From positions 5,344,791 through 5,408,790 of the forward strand of contig CM082596.2 in assembly GCA_040954595.2 (NCBI GenBank): a stretch of DNA of 64,000 bases. The letters run 5' to 3'. This document shows, piece after piece, positions 41,639 to 55,200 of the stretch (its first letter is position 1; every line of letters begins with the position of its first letter). The position numbers and the translations under genes are program-made. The DNA is from Balanoglossus misakiensis. Lineage: Eukaryota > Animalia > Hemichordata. A model generated the notes under the pieces. The model was not told where the DNA came from. It searched no databases and saw nothing but the letters and a program-made list of their open reading frames with translations.

Positions 41639-44600
41639 CTTCCAAGACGCACCTTCACTGTATAAAGCGAAAATTATACCCGACGCGTAGCATTCGTATT
41701 TCTGTTACGTGTTCGACGATGCGGAAAATTATATTGCTTTAATTATTAAATAGGTTGGCCTGCAATAATAGTAATTGACCTAAAAATGACGGCGATTCTT
41801 CCTAATTATCATTATGTTCTGTTCTGCTATCCGCCTGTCTGCCTGCCTGCCTGTCTGTCCGTCAGCTTGCCTGTCTGTATGGCAGACCCATCCATTTAAC
41901 AACACAATTAACTGTTAGTGAAGTTGCCGACAACAACACAGTTGTTGTCAGGGGATATTTTCGCTGTTCAACATCAGTGCCACTGTTGGTCGAGTTGTGT
42001 TTATTCGTCAAAACTGACTTAGCTTGATAACAAATGCTTCTGTTTCGATATTTTACTTTCTTGAACTAGAAAAATTAAAAACGAAATGTTGAAAAAATTA
42101 AATGGATCAATATGATTGACGCTGTTCTGATAGTATTCTTAGTGAAATTGACTTAGATGGTAATAATCTTCATTCTGACGGTGTTTTTTTATTTCATTTA
42201 CGTGCATGATGAAGTGTTGAATGCACTCTGACATTTCACAGGTAAAAGACGCGCAGTCGCTCTTTTGATAGACGCCAGAATAATCCCAGAGCAGCTGCAG
42301 ACAGCTTTGGACGGAGGAACAAAACTCGGGGACAGCTTTTCGATGTAATAATCCTCTGACGTGTAGATTGTTCTCTTGTCGTCGTCAATATCTTTCAACA
42401 CATTTCGTGGGTTCATTCGGCGGGCGGCGGCATCTCGTCACGATCAGTGAGTCAAAACTCCGCTTTTTAATTAAATCTCCCAGACTGGTTTGACTTCCCC
42501 TCTGTGTGACGTGACACTCTTGTGATCCGTGCAATTTGACTGGTTAGCCCTACGTTATCCTGCTGATGGAATTTTGTCGATTTTTTCCCCAAAATGTGGG
42601 TGGCTGTTTTGGAAGATCTAGCCAATCACATTTTCGCGTGGTGTCACGGACCGCTTACAACACATAAGATTCCGTTTATCACAAATCCATTAATATGGTG
42701 ATACAATTATCTTAAAATCTGATTGTCCGCGGTGTAAAAAAAACCATCCGTTCCAATTGTTTTATGCAGGGCAATGTCAATAGCAAACTGAAGTACATGT
42801 ACATGTAAACGTAAGAAGTATAATTGAATGTTTAACCGTTTGAATGTAAGTGTTTACAATGTAATAGTCCACCTCCATCTGATCAAATTTACACACGGAA
42901 CAGGCCTCAGAAGCAAACCAACAGCTGGACACGATGATTGAGAATTCACTATATCGTCACACAACCACCTCTAATTTGCATATGCCCATGTTTGGTCAAA
43001 AGGGCGCATCTAAACTTTCAAATGTGGTCGGGCACCGACAATGTGTATGTCAAAGTTGCTCGTGTTGGTACCTCTGGACCCATATCGGCAATCGCGATCG
43101 TTAAATATGCAAATTAGAATGACGAGAATTATTTTCAGAATCAGCTTCCCCTGCCAAATCCATCAAAATGGATGGAGTAACTGGACGTACAGTGCACGTA
43201 CAGTTACTCCAACCAACTACAGCACTAACTCTGAAAATTTGTAATACCCGACTGCTAGCTGATGTTGCCAACATCTTATTCACTCAGACCGATACAAGGC
43301 TGAAACAGCTTATCTAATTATTTTCCAACAACATACAGAACTAAAAACGTCAGCGTCTATAGAAAACGTTCATTGCTATAGGAACACCCCCCAACATTGA
43401 TACAGACTATGTTACGACGTTATGTTCTGTCACCAAAATGTAGAGGTTATTTGGTTATTTGACATTGGCACGGACTTTTATATTTCTATAAGTTTATCAG
43501 ACCCCCTCCCCGTCAAGGAGATTCATCAATAACACGACATTGACAGCAATCAATAGGCTAACCTCCGAATATTGAATATTGAAGGCAATTTTTTTCTCAA
43601 ATCTCTAGAGTTGTTTAAAACAACCAGCCACAGATGCGATTTTGATGAAAACATAACATTGACAAACTATATAGCAATGCAAACCAATGACATTATTGAT
43701 TGGGAAGCCTTGATCTGCATGCTAGAGATTATTACACACAATTTCTGAAGTGACATTTTACTATGCAAACATATCGTGATGCCATACGTGGCAATTGGTT
43801 AATTCCAAGGCTTGTTATACAGAGCTGCTAGAGAAACACCATTGCACACATGACGTCATCCTCGCTCTGGTCCTTAAAGTGGACGAGTATGACACTTTAG
43901 ACCCCGTGATCATTTTGGCATCGAATGACAGCAGTTTCCTCAGGCGGAGCTAAAATTCTTTCCTCTGGAAACAGTTTGGGAGTTTTTTTGTTCTGCCCAT
44001 TTTGTCTTTTATGAATGAATTCTCTTTTGTTTCACTGATTGTGCCATGTTTTCATAGAATAGGTCATGCTTTACCCTAATTTCTTATGACATAACTTCAT
44101 GGTAAGAAAGGCTTGTTGGGGAAAATGATAAAGAATCCTAATCATTATATTAATGTTATGTTTTGTCGTTGCTTGTCACGCAAACCGGACATTGAAAACT
44201 GAAGGGCTTAATCCTAGCCAGAAAAAAATAGACTGACATTGTTACTACTGTTCGGGCTGTTGCATCGACGAATAAATGACACTGACAACTTGGCAAACCG
44301 GTGACATTATTGGCCGCGGAGGGATTATGACGGAATCATTCCAAAAGAGAAATTCGACTCTACTAACACGTGCTGCGTGTCTTCTGTTCGGTTCTGGTCA
44401 CCAGAGGAAAGTCGTTGCCCTCGTATTATCATCCTTGCCCTGAGGCTGTGGACGAAAGTGGGCGAACGAGGCTGGCCACACACCACGGCGACAAGGTGAC
44501 CAAAGCCAAAAACGAACGGTGGGCGTGCATTCTTCAGCCTATCGAAGGTTTACCCGAGAAATTCCATTCATTAAATGCAGGAAGAAAATTAAGCAATCTC

Positions 44601-46268
44601 ACAGTTTTAAAACGGTGACAATTACCTCAGAAACGCGCAATAACGCGCTTTCAAGTTTGAAGTTTGCCAAATGAGACCATTTTCAGAGCATATTGCGATC
44701 TACTTGAAGTTCTTCCCCTCAGCAAGTCCAAGTCGGATTCAAACAGAAACCGCGTGCGGTTGTAATAGGTTGGCCTGAGACCTGATAGGATTTTGGTCGG
44801 GTGGCCAGCATGCCGATAGACTTGGTTTGCTGAATTAGTGATGTTAGAACGATTTCATCAACTTCGATGCAGTTTGGTAAAAAGCACTTGATGAGGCAAG
44901 GGTGTCACACATGGGAGATCAGAACTCTGCATATGTTCGAATGATTGCTGCAAAACACTTTGATCTTACATACAACACAGGCAAGATTTTGTTTGTGTTA
45001 ATTTGCGTTTGTGCTTCACTCCCGCGCAGTATTCCAACTCCATCAAAAATTACACGACCTTAATAAAAAAAAAAAGAAATTGTGATAACCCCATTTAACA
45101 AGAACATTATTCGTCAATTTCGTCTAGGTGAAATAGTCAAATCAAACTTCAGATAGAAAATTGATGCACCAGCAGAATTTCTTTTTGATAAGAGATTAAA
45201 TCATTTTCATGGGAATGTGTCCTTTGTTAAGAAATTTCCGGGGGCAAGTCTGTATTCTTCCGCGGCCATATGTTACCCTTTTCTAGAAACGGCCAACATT
45301 GAACGGTGTATAGGGTGATGTGGCCACAGCTTGGCAAATACAGAATAGGAGAAAATGGTTTAGCGGGAGACATTATGTTTTACAGCCTTTCATCACATTC
45401 ACAGTGGTATTTTATGAAATTCGTAAACAAGTTCTACTGGTCCCGGGTGGCTGAACACGGCAGTGGTGGGCAAGTCCGCTCCTGATTATTTGGTTAACAC
45501 CGCGCGTGACGTATGTTCTCTGCGCCAATACAATAAAAGTTTTAGTGGTCCACAAAAAGCATTTTGCACACGTCAATCATCATGTGATGCTTTTTGATTT
45601 TCCAGAAAAGTTATGCAAATTACCGCTCGATATATGATGCGGCTGGCTGAAGTGGGTCTACATTTTACGCATGCCGGCAAAAAGTAAGTATCATCATTTT
45701 ATCTATTAGGATAACATTAATTTGATCTTTTTTTCCATCAAGTTCTGTTGGGAGTTAAAATTGTATGTAAGATCCACGTGAAAAAACATTCCCATCCTAA
45801 ATACGCTTTCGATTTACTATTGTCTATTTTGAAGTTAAATTCGCAAACAAATTTATCATCGACTTTTTTCTCGGAAGCATATATGTCAATTTTTTTTTGC
45901 AAGTTTTCCTTATAGCACTGCATGGGAGTTACTCCTGTACACGTAGAGATTCCATATGCTTATACTTTGGAGTTTTTGACTACGTGACGGAACCTTTTGG
46001 GTCGGACTGTAGGCCTTAACTAATCTTTACCGCGCGTCTTTAGCTATACTTTTTAATTTCATCCAACCCAACTGAGCTTCGTCAACTTTCTTCAACGACA
46101 ATGCAAAAGACTTAATAGTGTCGATAGAATCTTAATGTTGAAAAATATGAAAATAACCAGGGTGGCAGGTTAATATTCGCGGAAGGCGAATATAGGGGCC
46201 TATTGCAGAATCCCCAAGCGTTCCACTGCCGAAAATGACTTGTACGACTTTTTTCAACAGCTCCCAAC

Positions 46269-49200
46269 ATGCGGCAGAAAATATTGATAGTGTTGCTCGT
46301 GGTCGTGGTGATCAGCTTAGCTGACGCCAAGAAGGTGGGTACATGTAAATTGACATTGTTCACCAGAAGTGCAGATATTACAAGGTGTAGATAGTCTGGT
46401 ACTCTACATAGAAGGTTTATATAAACATATAACTGGAATTCATTGAGTATATACATAAATACTAGGCAAAATAAAAGTACATACCATGAAATATGTACGT
46501 GCTTCGAAGTGGATCTGCAAGGACGCCCTCTTCCAGGCCAGCACCATGGCAACGCAGCTGCCCCATCAACCCTTGAAGTTGGCGCGGAAATGGTCGAGTC
46601 TACGCGACGACATAGTGGTTTTGGGGCTCCAAGTCCAACGCAGTTTACTGTTTTTACTGCAGATGTAATCAAATTTAGAGCCTTGAGTTTAGGTCAGCCG
46701 TTAACTCGGAAATCACTTCATACGTTACTTTTAAGAAGTAGCCTGTTCGTGTTTTGTTAGAACATAATCATGTATGTGTTCGTTTTTCCTCAGGACAAGA
46801 AGTCTGGCAGCGGAAGTGACAAATCTGGTCAGTATTACTAAAATAATTGCTTCCGATCATATCTACATCTACATTCCTTAAATCAAATGTCACATTTGCG
46901 TGGTCAGTTGAAGCACAGTTGAAAAAAAACATGCGTGGTAAATGTTATGAGGGTAATGTTTTTGAAAGATGATGACAAATTCACTATGGCGACGTTTTAA
47001 TTATAAAAGGGAATTCTGTGTCAAAATAGGTCTCAGTCACGATCTAAAGAGAACACCGATACCATCAGTGATCATTTACGAACAAGATATACTATATGTC
47101 CGAAGGCACCAAAATACACATTTCATTATGTCTGTCATCATCTCATGTGTACTTTTTTTAACAGAGTCTGGTTCAAGTTCCGGTTCCAGTTCCGGTAAGT
47201 ATCTTTGATCACTATGCTGAAATCACATTTGCTGGTAAACTTTATATCCGCCAATATGTACAAACATTTTGATTAATTTAATTAATTCTATCATCATCAT
47301 GTGTACTTTTTAACAGGTTCTGGTTCAAGTTCCGGTTCCAGTTCCGGTAAGTATCTTTGATCACTATGCTGAAATTACATCTGCTGGTAAACTTTATATC
47401 CGCCAATATGTAAAAAAAAATTGATTAATTTAATTAATTCTATCATCATCATGTGTACTTTTTAACAGGGTCTGGTTCCAAATCTCGGTCTGGTTCTAAA
47501 TCTCGGTCTGGTTCAGGTAAGTATCTTTGATCACTATGCTGAAATTACATTTGCTGGTAAACGTTATATCAGCCAATATGTACAAACATTTTGATTAATT
47601 TAATTAATTCTATTGTGTGTACTTTTTAACAGGTTCTGGTTCAAGTTCCAGTTCCAGTTCAGGTATGTATCACTGATCATTATGCTGAAGTCACATTTGC
47701 TTTTTCACTGAAAGGTAGCTGGAATCTTTTATTGCCGTTCTAGGACGTCCCTTATACTAGCCCTTGGAATGTAACATTTTGTCTGCAAAAGTGCAGTGCA
47801 GCATTTTAACCCATTTCATTCTTTTATCCCCTGCCCCTTAATTTTAGTCCGAGTGGGCCTTAATTTTCCCCTAGTCTTCGGGACTTAATCAAAATGTAAT
47901 TTTTGAAAGGTGAAATTCATTAAGCTGTTATACGTCAGCGTTAGCGCCAGACCCGTATTCAGCAGAGAAGCTTCACTTTGTGACAATGTTAAAGTAAACC
48001 TGATGGTTTTTGTGTTGTGGCGATTAAAGGTTATAGCTATACAACGCACACAGCACGCGTGCATCACACCGTCATTCAAAACCACAAAAGGCCACTCGTA
48101 TAAACCACTTGTTTAAAATAACTATTGGCTTAAAGCGTTATTTTCGAATTAATACGCACCCACAAAGGGCGCTTTAGAAATCTGTTTTTTCTACGGGCAT
48201 CCCAGATTCAGCTGTTACACGCGGGTTTGTAAAGGTGTGGGAGGATTTTTTCTGTTTGCGTGAATTCGAATGCACAATCTAACAAAAGTAAGCCAGTGAA
48301 AGATGCAATTAATTTAGAAAATATAGATAATAGTCCATACAGGAGTTTGGGCAGCTGAACAAACTTTAGTATATGACAGATGTGGAGCAGTTCATTTGCT
48401 AGGGATCTAAATTACAAAAATTGTCTTTGTACATAAGAAAACATTCTTGGTCAAATTTTTCAGTGTTTGCTTCAATGCAAAACTTTCTCATCAACCTGAT
48501 GTCCGTATTTTGTGATTTTATTTTTCCACAGAGGAAGTTGCACTTGTTTTGGGAGACCACACAATTGGTATGTAGTAGCAGTACAAGTAGTTGTTGTTTT
48601 TCGTTACAATAGTTGTTAGTTATTCTTTGACACACATGAATCACCTGTAGATGTTTGATCTATGATATTTGTACTCGTTCCATCCCAGTTTGAGTCACTG
48701 ACTATCAGTCTCCATTATTTTATTCTAAACCCCCTTTTTTCACCAATGTTTTCAATTAATCATAAACTAGCTACTACTTTTGCATATAATGAGTGTCGCC
48801 TGGAAACTGCATCATGTACATTGGTGTACAATGTCAAGTGTTCTTAATTGTAACAGGGAAGTTGAAGTTACCTTGCATTGTGATATCCAGAGATCAGTGG
48901 TTTGATGTCCCTTGCTAGCGATGAAGTGGAAAATACACACTAGTCTTGTAATCATTTTATTCATTTTGGCCAAGTCGTGTTCTTCTTTCCTTGGGCAGAA
49001 CCAACTGAAATCTACAAACAAATGTTGTCGAAGTGTTGATTATTTTGAACTTGATATCACAATTTGTGCACTGTATACCTACTCTCTCTGTCTCTGTCTC
49101 TGTCACCCAAAACCCACCGACCCACCAACCAATCAACCAACCACTCACCCACCCACCCAACCACTCACTTCACTCACTCACTCACTCACTCACTCACTCA

Positions 49201-52200
49201 CTCACTCACAGATGGCCCATGCGACAGCAAAGACAAGGAATTCAACGGCAAGTGTTACAGATTCGTGGCGGAGAAGAAAACCGCCCTGGAGGCCTACGAC
49301 ATGTGTCACGAGCACTCCTACCAGATGGCCAGCGTCACCAGCCTGGAAGAGTACGCGTTCGTCGTCGGGCAAATCCAAGCCGAGTTCGGCAGAAAGCAGG
49401 TCTGGGTCGGCGCTTACGACCACAACGGTGTGTGGCAGTGGCCCAGCGGACATAGCGTGCACAGCAACGTATGGGCGAGTGGCGAACCCCGGCGCAACCG
49501 TGGCAGCTGTGCTATCTTGTCAAGGAATGGTCACAAACTTCAAGTACACGACTGCGAATCCGAGGAATACTTCATTTGCGCGAGAGGTATTGATTTCTTT
49601 TATTTTCTTTTTTACATTGACAATTAATTAACCACTGCCAGCAGTTCGAATGTTATACCCACGCGCATTCGTGTGACAGACAACAAAACTAACAAAGTTG
49701 TGCCGTGGGTAGTTTCTTCCACAGGCCCTTAAATCAACGACCACGAAGCCCCGCTGATGCAAGTATAAAATAAAAGTATTGTAATTACAGTTCGTGGTTG
49801 TTGATTTGGGGGAATGTGGTTTCTCAAACTGGGCCCTATATGCATTATTTCTGCTGTCTCCAACTTTTTCACTTTTACATCTGCACGTGACCAAAAGCTA
49901 CAATGTAGAAAGAATATAAATGTAGTGCAGACAGCATGACGTCATTGATGTCGTGTGACATATTTTCACTTGCCTTCGTTTTCAATCCTGGTTAATTTCT
50001 GTTGTGTTACTTACTTTTTTTTTTCTCTCCCAGATATCGGTGAGCCCAGTGCCGTGATCGCAGAGGCTAACCAGCCAGCTCAGAATCCGGAGGACGTCCC
50101 CGAAGGTTGCAGCGAAGGCGACGTGCAACACAACGGCTACTGCTACAAAGTCCACGGCACCGAGAAGAACATGGAGAACGCCTTCACCTCGTGCGAGTCC
50201 GACGGTTACTACCTGGCCGGCGCCACGTCCGTCGACGAGCTGGACTTCCTCCGGGAACAAGCCGCCAGTCACAACGACGACGTGTGGATCGGGGCTCTCT
50301 CCAAGCGAGGCGAGACCGAGTTCAACTGGGTGGCCGGTGGACCCTTCGACGCGTTCGTGTGGGGCGGTGGGCGCCCGGAACGCCCGACCCAGCGCAAACA
50401 CACCTGCCTGGCCATGTCCAAAAGAGACGGCTACTACCTGGATGGGGAGAAGTGCAGAACGGAGAATGGTTACATCTGTGAGAGAAGTGAGTTATCTATG
50501 GTTGTCTTTTTTTTTTTTGCAAATGTGCCATATGTGATGGACCGATTCTGTAGTTTTAATAGGCCCACGAACAGTAGTATCCTATGGTCAGAACATCCAT
50601 ACAAAGCTTTTTGAGCATTTAATAAAATACATAAAATGTAATAAACTAAAATACAATTACTTTAAGTAATATATGACAAAGTAAGAAAACGTTTAGAAAG
50701 TGGAAAAAAATATAAACAAACAAGAATGCACAAACATTTTAAAAGTGTATATACCATAGACAGAAATGAATGCATGGTATATGAATGTTGTGTGCTTATA
50801 GTTCAGAAGTGTGTACTTGAAGTTTATTACAGATTATTTTATACCCCTTTTGCTATTTTAATACTCTCCAACAGGTGTCCCGCGAACCGAAATTGCCTGT
50901 AAAGACGAAAGTGTGGACCTGCAGTGTGAAGAGGGCGCTATACACGTTATTGCAGCCGAATTCGGCCGAACGTCGGGCGATATCTGTCTGGGGGAAGCCA
51001 CGTCTAATCATCACTGCAGGGCTGATGCCGAGTCCGTCCTGGCCAAGGTGAAAGAGAGCTGCCAGGGACGTGAAGTTTGCCAAGTGTCCGCTTCCACTGA
51101 TTTGTTTGGTGACCCGTGCGAAGGAACAGACAAGTACCTCGAAGTAGTTTACAGATGTGAGTATTTAGCTATTAAAGTAATTATCATGTAGCTGGCACTA
51201 TCACCCCCACCCCCCACTCTCTCTCAAATCGAGCCCCTCTGGCTGGGGCCCCCGTATCGACATCCACAGTTGCTTTTAATTCTAGTTTTGCAATATCGTC
51301 TGCATAAGCTACAGGAGAGAAAGAACACAGCCTTATATATTGCTGCAATAATTCTAGCCTTGGTGGCTGGTCTGACTGCAACATCATTGGATCCAGCCAC
51401 CCAACCAACCCACCAAGGCTACAATTACTGCAGCTACCCTATATAGTGATCCATTCCGTAGATGACAAACACATTTAAAATTGTCACAGAATTTAGCTTA
51501 CACTTAATTGTTAATATCATCTCTGTCACTTATCAGGTGGCAGCGGTAGAAGGTCACCTCGACCATCGTTCGACATATCAACAGGTAAGTGTTCCCTCCA
51601 GAAAATGTGCGTATGATGCCACACTTTTGCATTTATTTTGTCTTGGGTACTAGTTAGGTTCACTCTATGAATCCATTTTTGGCCAAGGATGACCAGCATA
51701 ACTTTCATCAGCGACAGAAAAAACGTTGGACACATTGTTTTTCGGAGATAACGATGCAGTGAAATACAAGAAGGCGAAAATTAATCGTCGCGTAACAGTT
51801 TTTGATATCGCGAAAATTTCCCGGCTTACAGTATAGGGTACTGATGCAGTGTCACTTTTTACAGACGGCTGTCTCTGCTCAATCTGGGGCGATCCCCACT
51901 ACAGCCTTCCGTTGACCGGCACCAGGTTGGATTTCCAGGGATCCTGTTCGTACACCACATTCCGGGACAACCTCCACTCACCGCCGTACTTTGATGTGAC
52001 GGCCAAGAATTCGTTCGCCAGCTCCGACAAGGACACCGTGACAAAACAGGAGAAAATCACTGTCAGGTTGACCCAGCCACAAGAGATGAAATTTACCTTC
52101 TACAAAGATTACATCACGGTGAGGATTAACTGTGATATTTGAATATCTGCTCATTTTGTTCCGGTTTTGCTTATTTGGAAAACTTTGAGGATTTCTGAGT

Positions 52201-55200
52201 ATATTAACTTTCCACCTCATATGGCTAAGCAATTTGTATGGCAAGATATTTTCATGTGGCACATGAAAAACAACGCATGACCCATTGTGTTAAAAGTCAC
52301 AATTGAAAGTTACTACTAGTATTTTTGTTTAATTTTGCATTAGTGTCATACTAAGCTGAACTTGTACGACTTGTCAATAAGCAACCCTGTTGCAATTATG
52401 GTGATTAATCAAGTCTCACAAGATCTCACAATGATCGGAAATATCATCTATTACTTTCCAGCTGGATGATGTTGAATTTAGCTCGCCGGCCTTCTTTGAG
52501 TCGGGTGTAAATATCGAGAACACCAAGAAGGGTATCAAGCTCTCGACTGGTTACGGCTTCTGGATTTCCTGGGATTTCAGCAGCCGCACTGAAATACGCG
52601 CACCACCAGAGTACTTGGGCATGATCGCCGGCATGTGTAACTGTGATGGCGACAACGAGAAGCCTCTCACCCTCCCTGACGGTTCAAGGCTCGACCCCTT
52701 GAGTCCTCAGGACGTGGCCAACTGGGGCAACAGCTGGAAGACAGGCGAAACGTGAGTATCAGAGCTTCCGTTAACTCCAAATCCTGCGTATTTCACACAC
52801 AATTGTTTGGCCCAAATCCATTGTTTTCTATGGTAAAGTTAGACCTATTTAGAGCAAACCAGGGGTTAAAGGGACAAAGTCTCTCTCTCGCTGCCCTTTT
52901 TTCCATTAATTATATTTGATACAAGACACCGTTTGTTATTCTACGGTACATGTGGATATATAGTGAATGAACGTTCAACCACACACAACTTCCATCCTTC
53001 TTACAGACAGGAGAGTGAAAAAACTCGCCAAAATGAATAATCGTTCTTTACCATTTATTCATTTTGGGCGAGTTTTTACTCTCATATCATACAAGTGGGA
53101 TGGAAGTTTTGTGTGGTTGATCATTGATTCACTATATATCCACATTTACATTAACATAAACGGTGTCTTGTATCAAACATAATTAATGGAAAAGGGGCAG
53201 CTGGAGAGAGACTTTGTCCCTTTAAGAATTGAATTCTCTCAATGAATACATACAGGTGCCCAGATGCGCCAGTGACCCCACCATGTCTGGACGAGGCCCA
53301 TTTCACAGGCAGCGACCAGTGTGGCATGATCAAGGACCGACTGGGCCCATTCCAATCCGCTCTGGAGATCGACAGTGCCGAGATTAAAGCCCTCAGTGAC
53401 ACCTACTTTGAGAGTTGCCTGTATGATGTGTGCTACACGGCCGATAAAGAGTTCGCACTCTGTCAGAGCTTGGAGAACTTCTATGTAGCCGTCAAAGAAT
53501 CCGGCGTGCCCATCAATTCCTACCGCAACACCAGCTTCTGCGGTAAGTGAATGTCAAAATAATGAATTAAAGGGTGACGGTCTTATGTGCATGTGCCAAA
53601 CCAGAGACTCTGGCTACGAAAAATTGTAAAAAGTCAATGCCATAAGGCGGATCTGTGCTGTCCTAACGACCGGCAAGATGGCGACTACCATAGTCTGTGT
53701 CGGAGATCGGGAAAAGTGTATTTTTCCATGGTGTGCAGTCTGAATATTTTCCTGTTTAGAGCTATTAAATTAGCCCAAAATCGTACGTGTCTTATCAAAA
53801 AGCATCTTGATTAGATTTGCTTCAGGGTGAGCCGGTTGTGATTCTGTTTATTTTTTAAATTTTTAGCCATGGATTGTCCCAATCACAGCGACTACAAGAC
53901 CGATGCATCGGGTTGCACAAACACTTGCCAATTCCCGTTGGCCGAGGTCATGTGCGAGCTGCCGCAAACTGATGGATGTGTGTGCCATTTTGGCTACATC
54001 ATGAGCAACGGCGTGTGTGTTCCCGAGTCGGACTGTGGTTGTCGCACCACTGACGATTTCTATCACGAGGTAAGCCACATACTGTGAAACAGGAAATTTT
54101 TCGCGATATCAAAAGTGGCAACTGTTACACAACGATTAATTTTCGCGTACTCGTATTTCACTAAATGCATCGTTATCTCCTAAAAACATATTTACGAGAC
54201 TTTTTATTTGGTGTCTTTTTGAAGTTCACGAAAATTTACTTTGGACCAAATGGACATTATTTTCCTTTATCTATTGGCCAATTTGTTTTAAATGTTGTAA
54301 AAGCTGTAGGTTTCTTTTTGGTAATATGACAACATTGTTGACTTTGTATAGAGGATTAAAGGAATATTTTTTTATTATTAAAGATTGGTGCACGATGGGT
54401 GATGGATGACTGCACTGTAGAGATGACTTGCGCCTCCGGGGGTGAAATTACGATGACAGACATTATCTGTAGCGAGGACAGTCACTGTGGTGTTGTGGCT
54501 GGCGAAAGAAAATGTGTGTGCAACGAAGGGTTCGAAGGAGATGGCATTACTTGTACGCGTAAGTACGCATTTTGAAGTGATCGCCTCTTAATCAGAACTG
54601 ATGAATCTTCTGTTATAATTTCTTGTATTGGGCCCAACAGGCCTTTTTTCACTCCCTGCCTAGCTGTTACTGTCTGCGTTCCTCGGAAACCAGACTCCCG
54701 TTGGCACGGAAATTTAAACAATATCACATCCATTTTACACACAGCCATTGGTGAAGTACCTGCCCTGACACCCGAAGAACCAGCAACAAACACCTGTGGC
54801 AAGTAGCAAGTTTGCTCAATAATTTGTGCTACAAAAGTGTTGCAGCCAACACGTGTATTTATAAACTCGATACTCGGAACCCCTGTGCGCGATCATGGTC
54901 ATGAGTACCACTGATTCAACCCGTAATCGTCCTGTTCTCTCGACAGACCCGGGAGTGGAAATGAAATGCGCTGAGGCCGAAGGCTGCTGTCGAACAACCT
55001 GCGACGTAGCTGCCGGGGAAAAACCTGTGATTAACAAAGCAATGTGCTCTGCTGGATCCACTTGCTGTACCAAACAAACAGGTAAGTAATGTGATTCCCA
55101 CGAGAGATCGACAAGTTGCCAGTGAGCCGCGGCCAGCGGGGGCCAGGTTGCTTCCTGAACCGTCACCTGCGTATCGTGACAAGACCATAATACTCACCCC

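Noticed and set aside
42971-43117. Inverted pair CTAATTTGCATAT / ATATGCAAATTAG (octamer motifs or a MITE)
   Set aside because: The arms are only 13 bp with no clear target-site duplication. It may be a decayed transposon remnant or octamer sites, but it is too weak to call.
47755-47890. Possible Helitron 3' end (CTAG terminus on the minus strand)
   Set aside because: I found no convincing subterminal hairpin and no second copy in the window.
49982-50401. Long antisense ORFs here and at 49202-49462 and 59040-59423
   Set aside because: They mirror GC3-rich sense exons, which lack antisense stop codons, so they are not independent genes.
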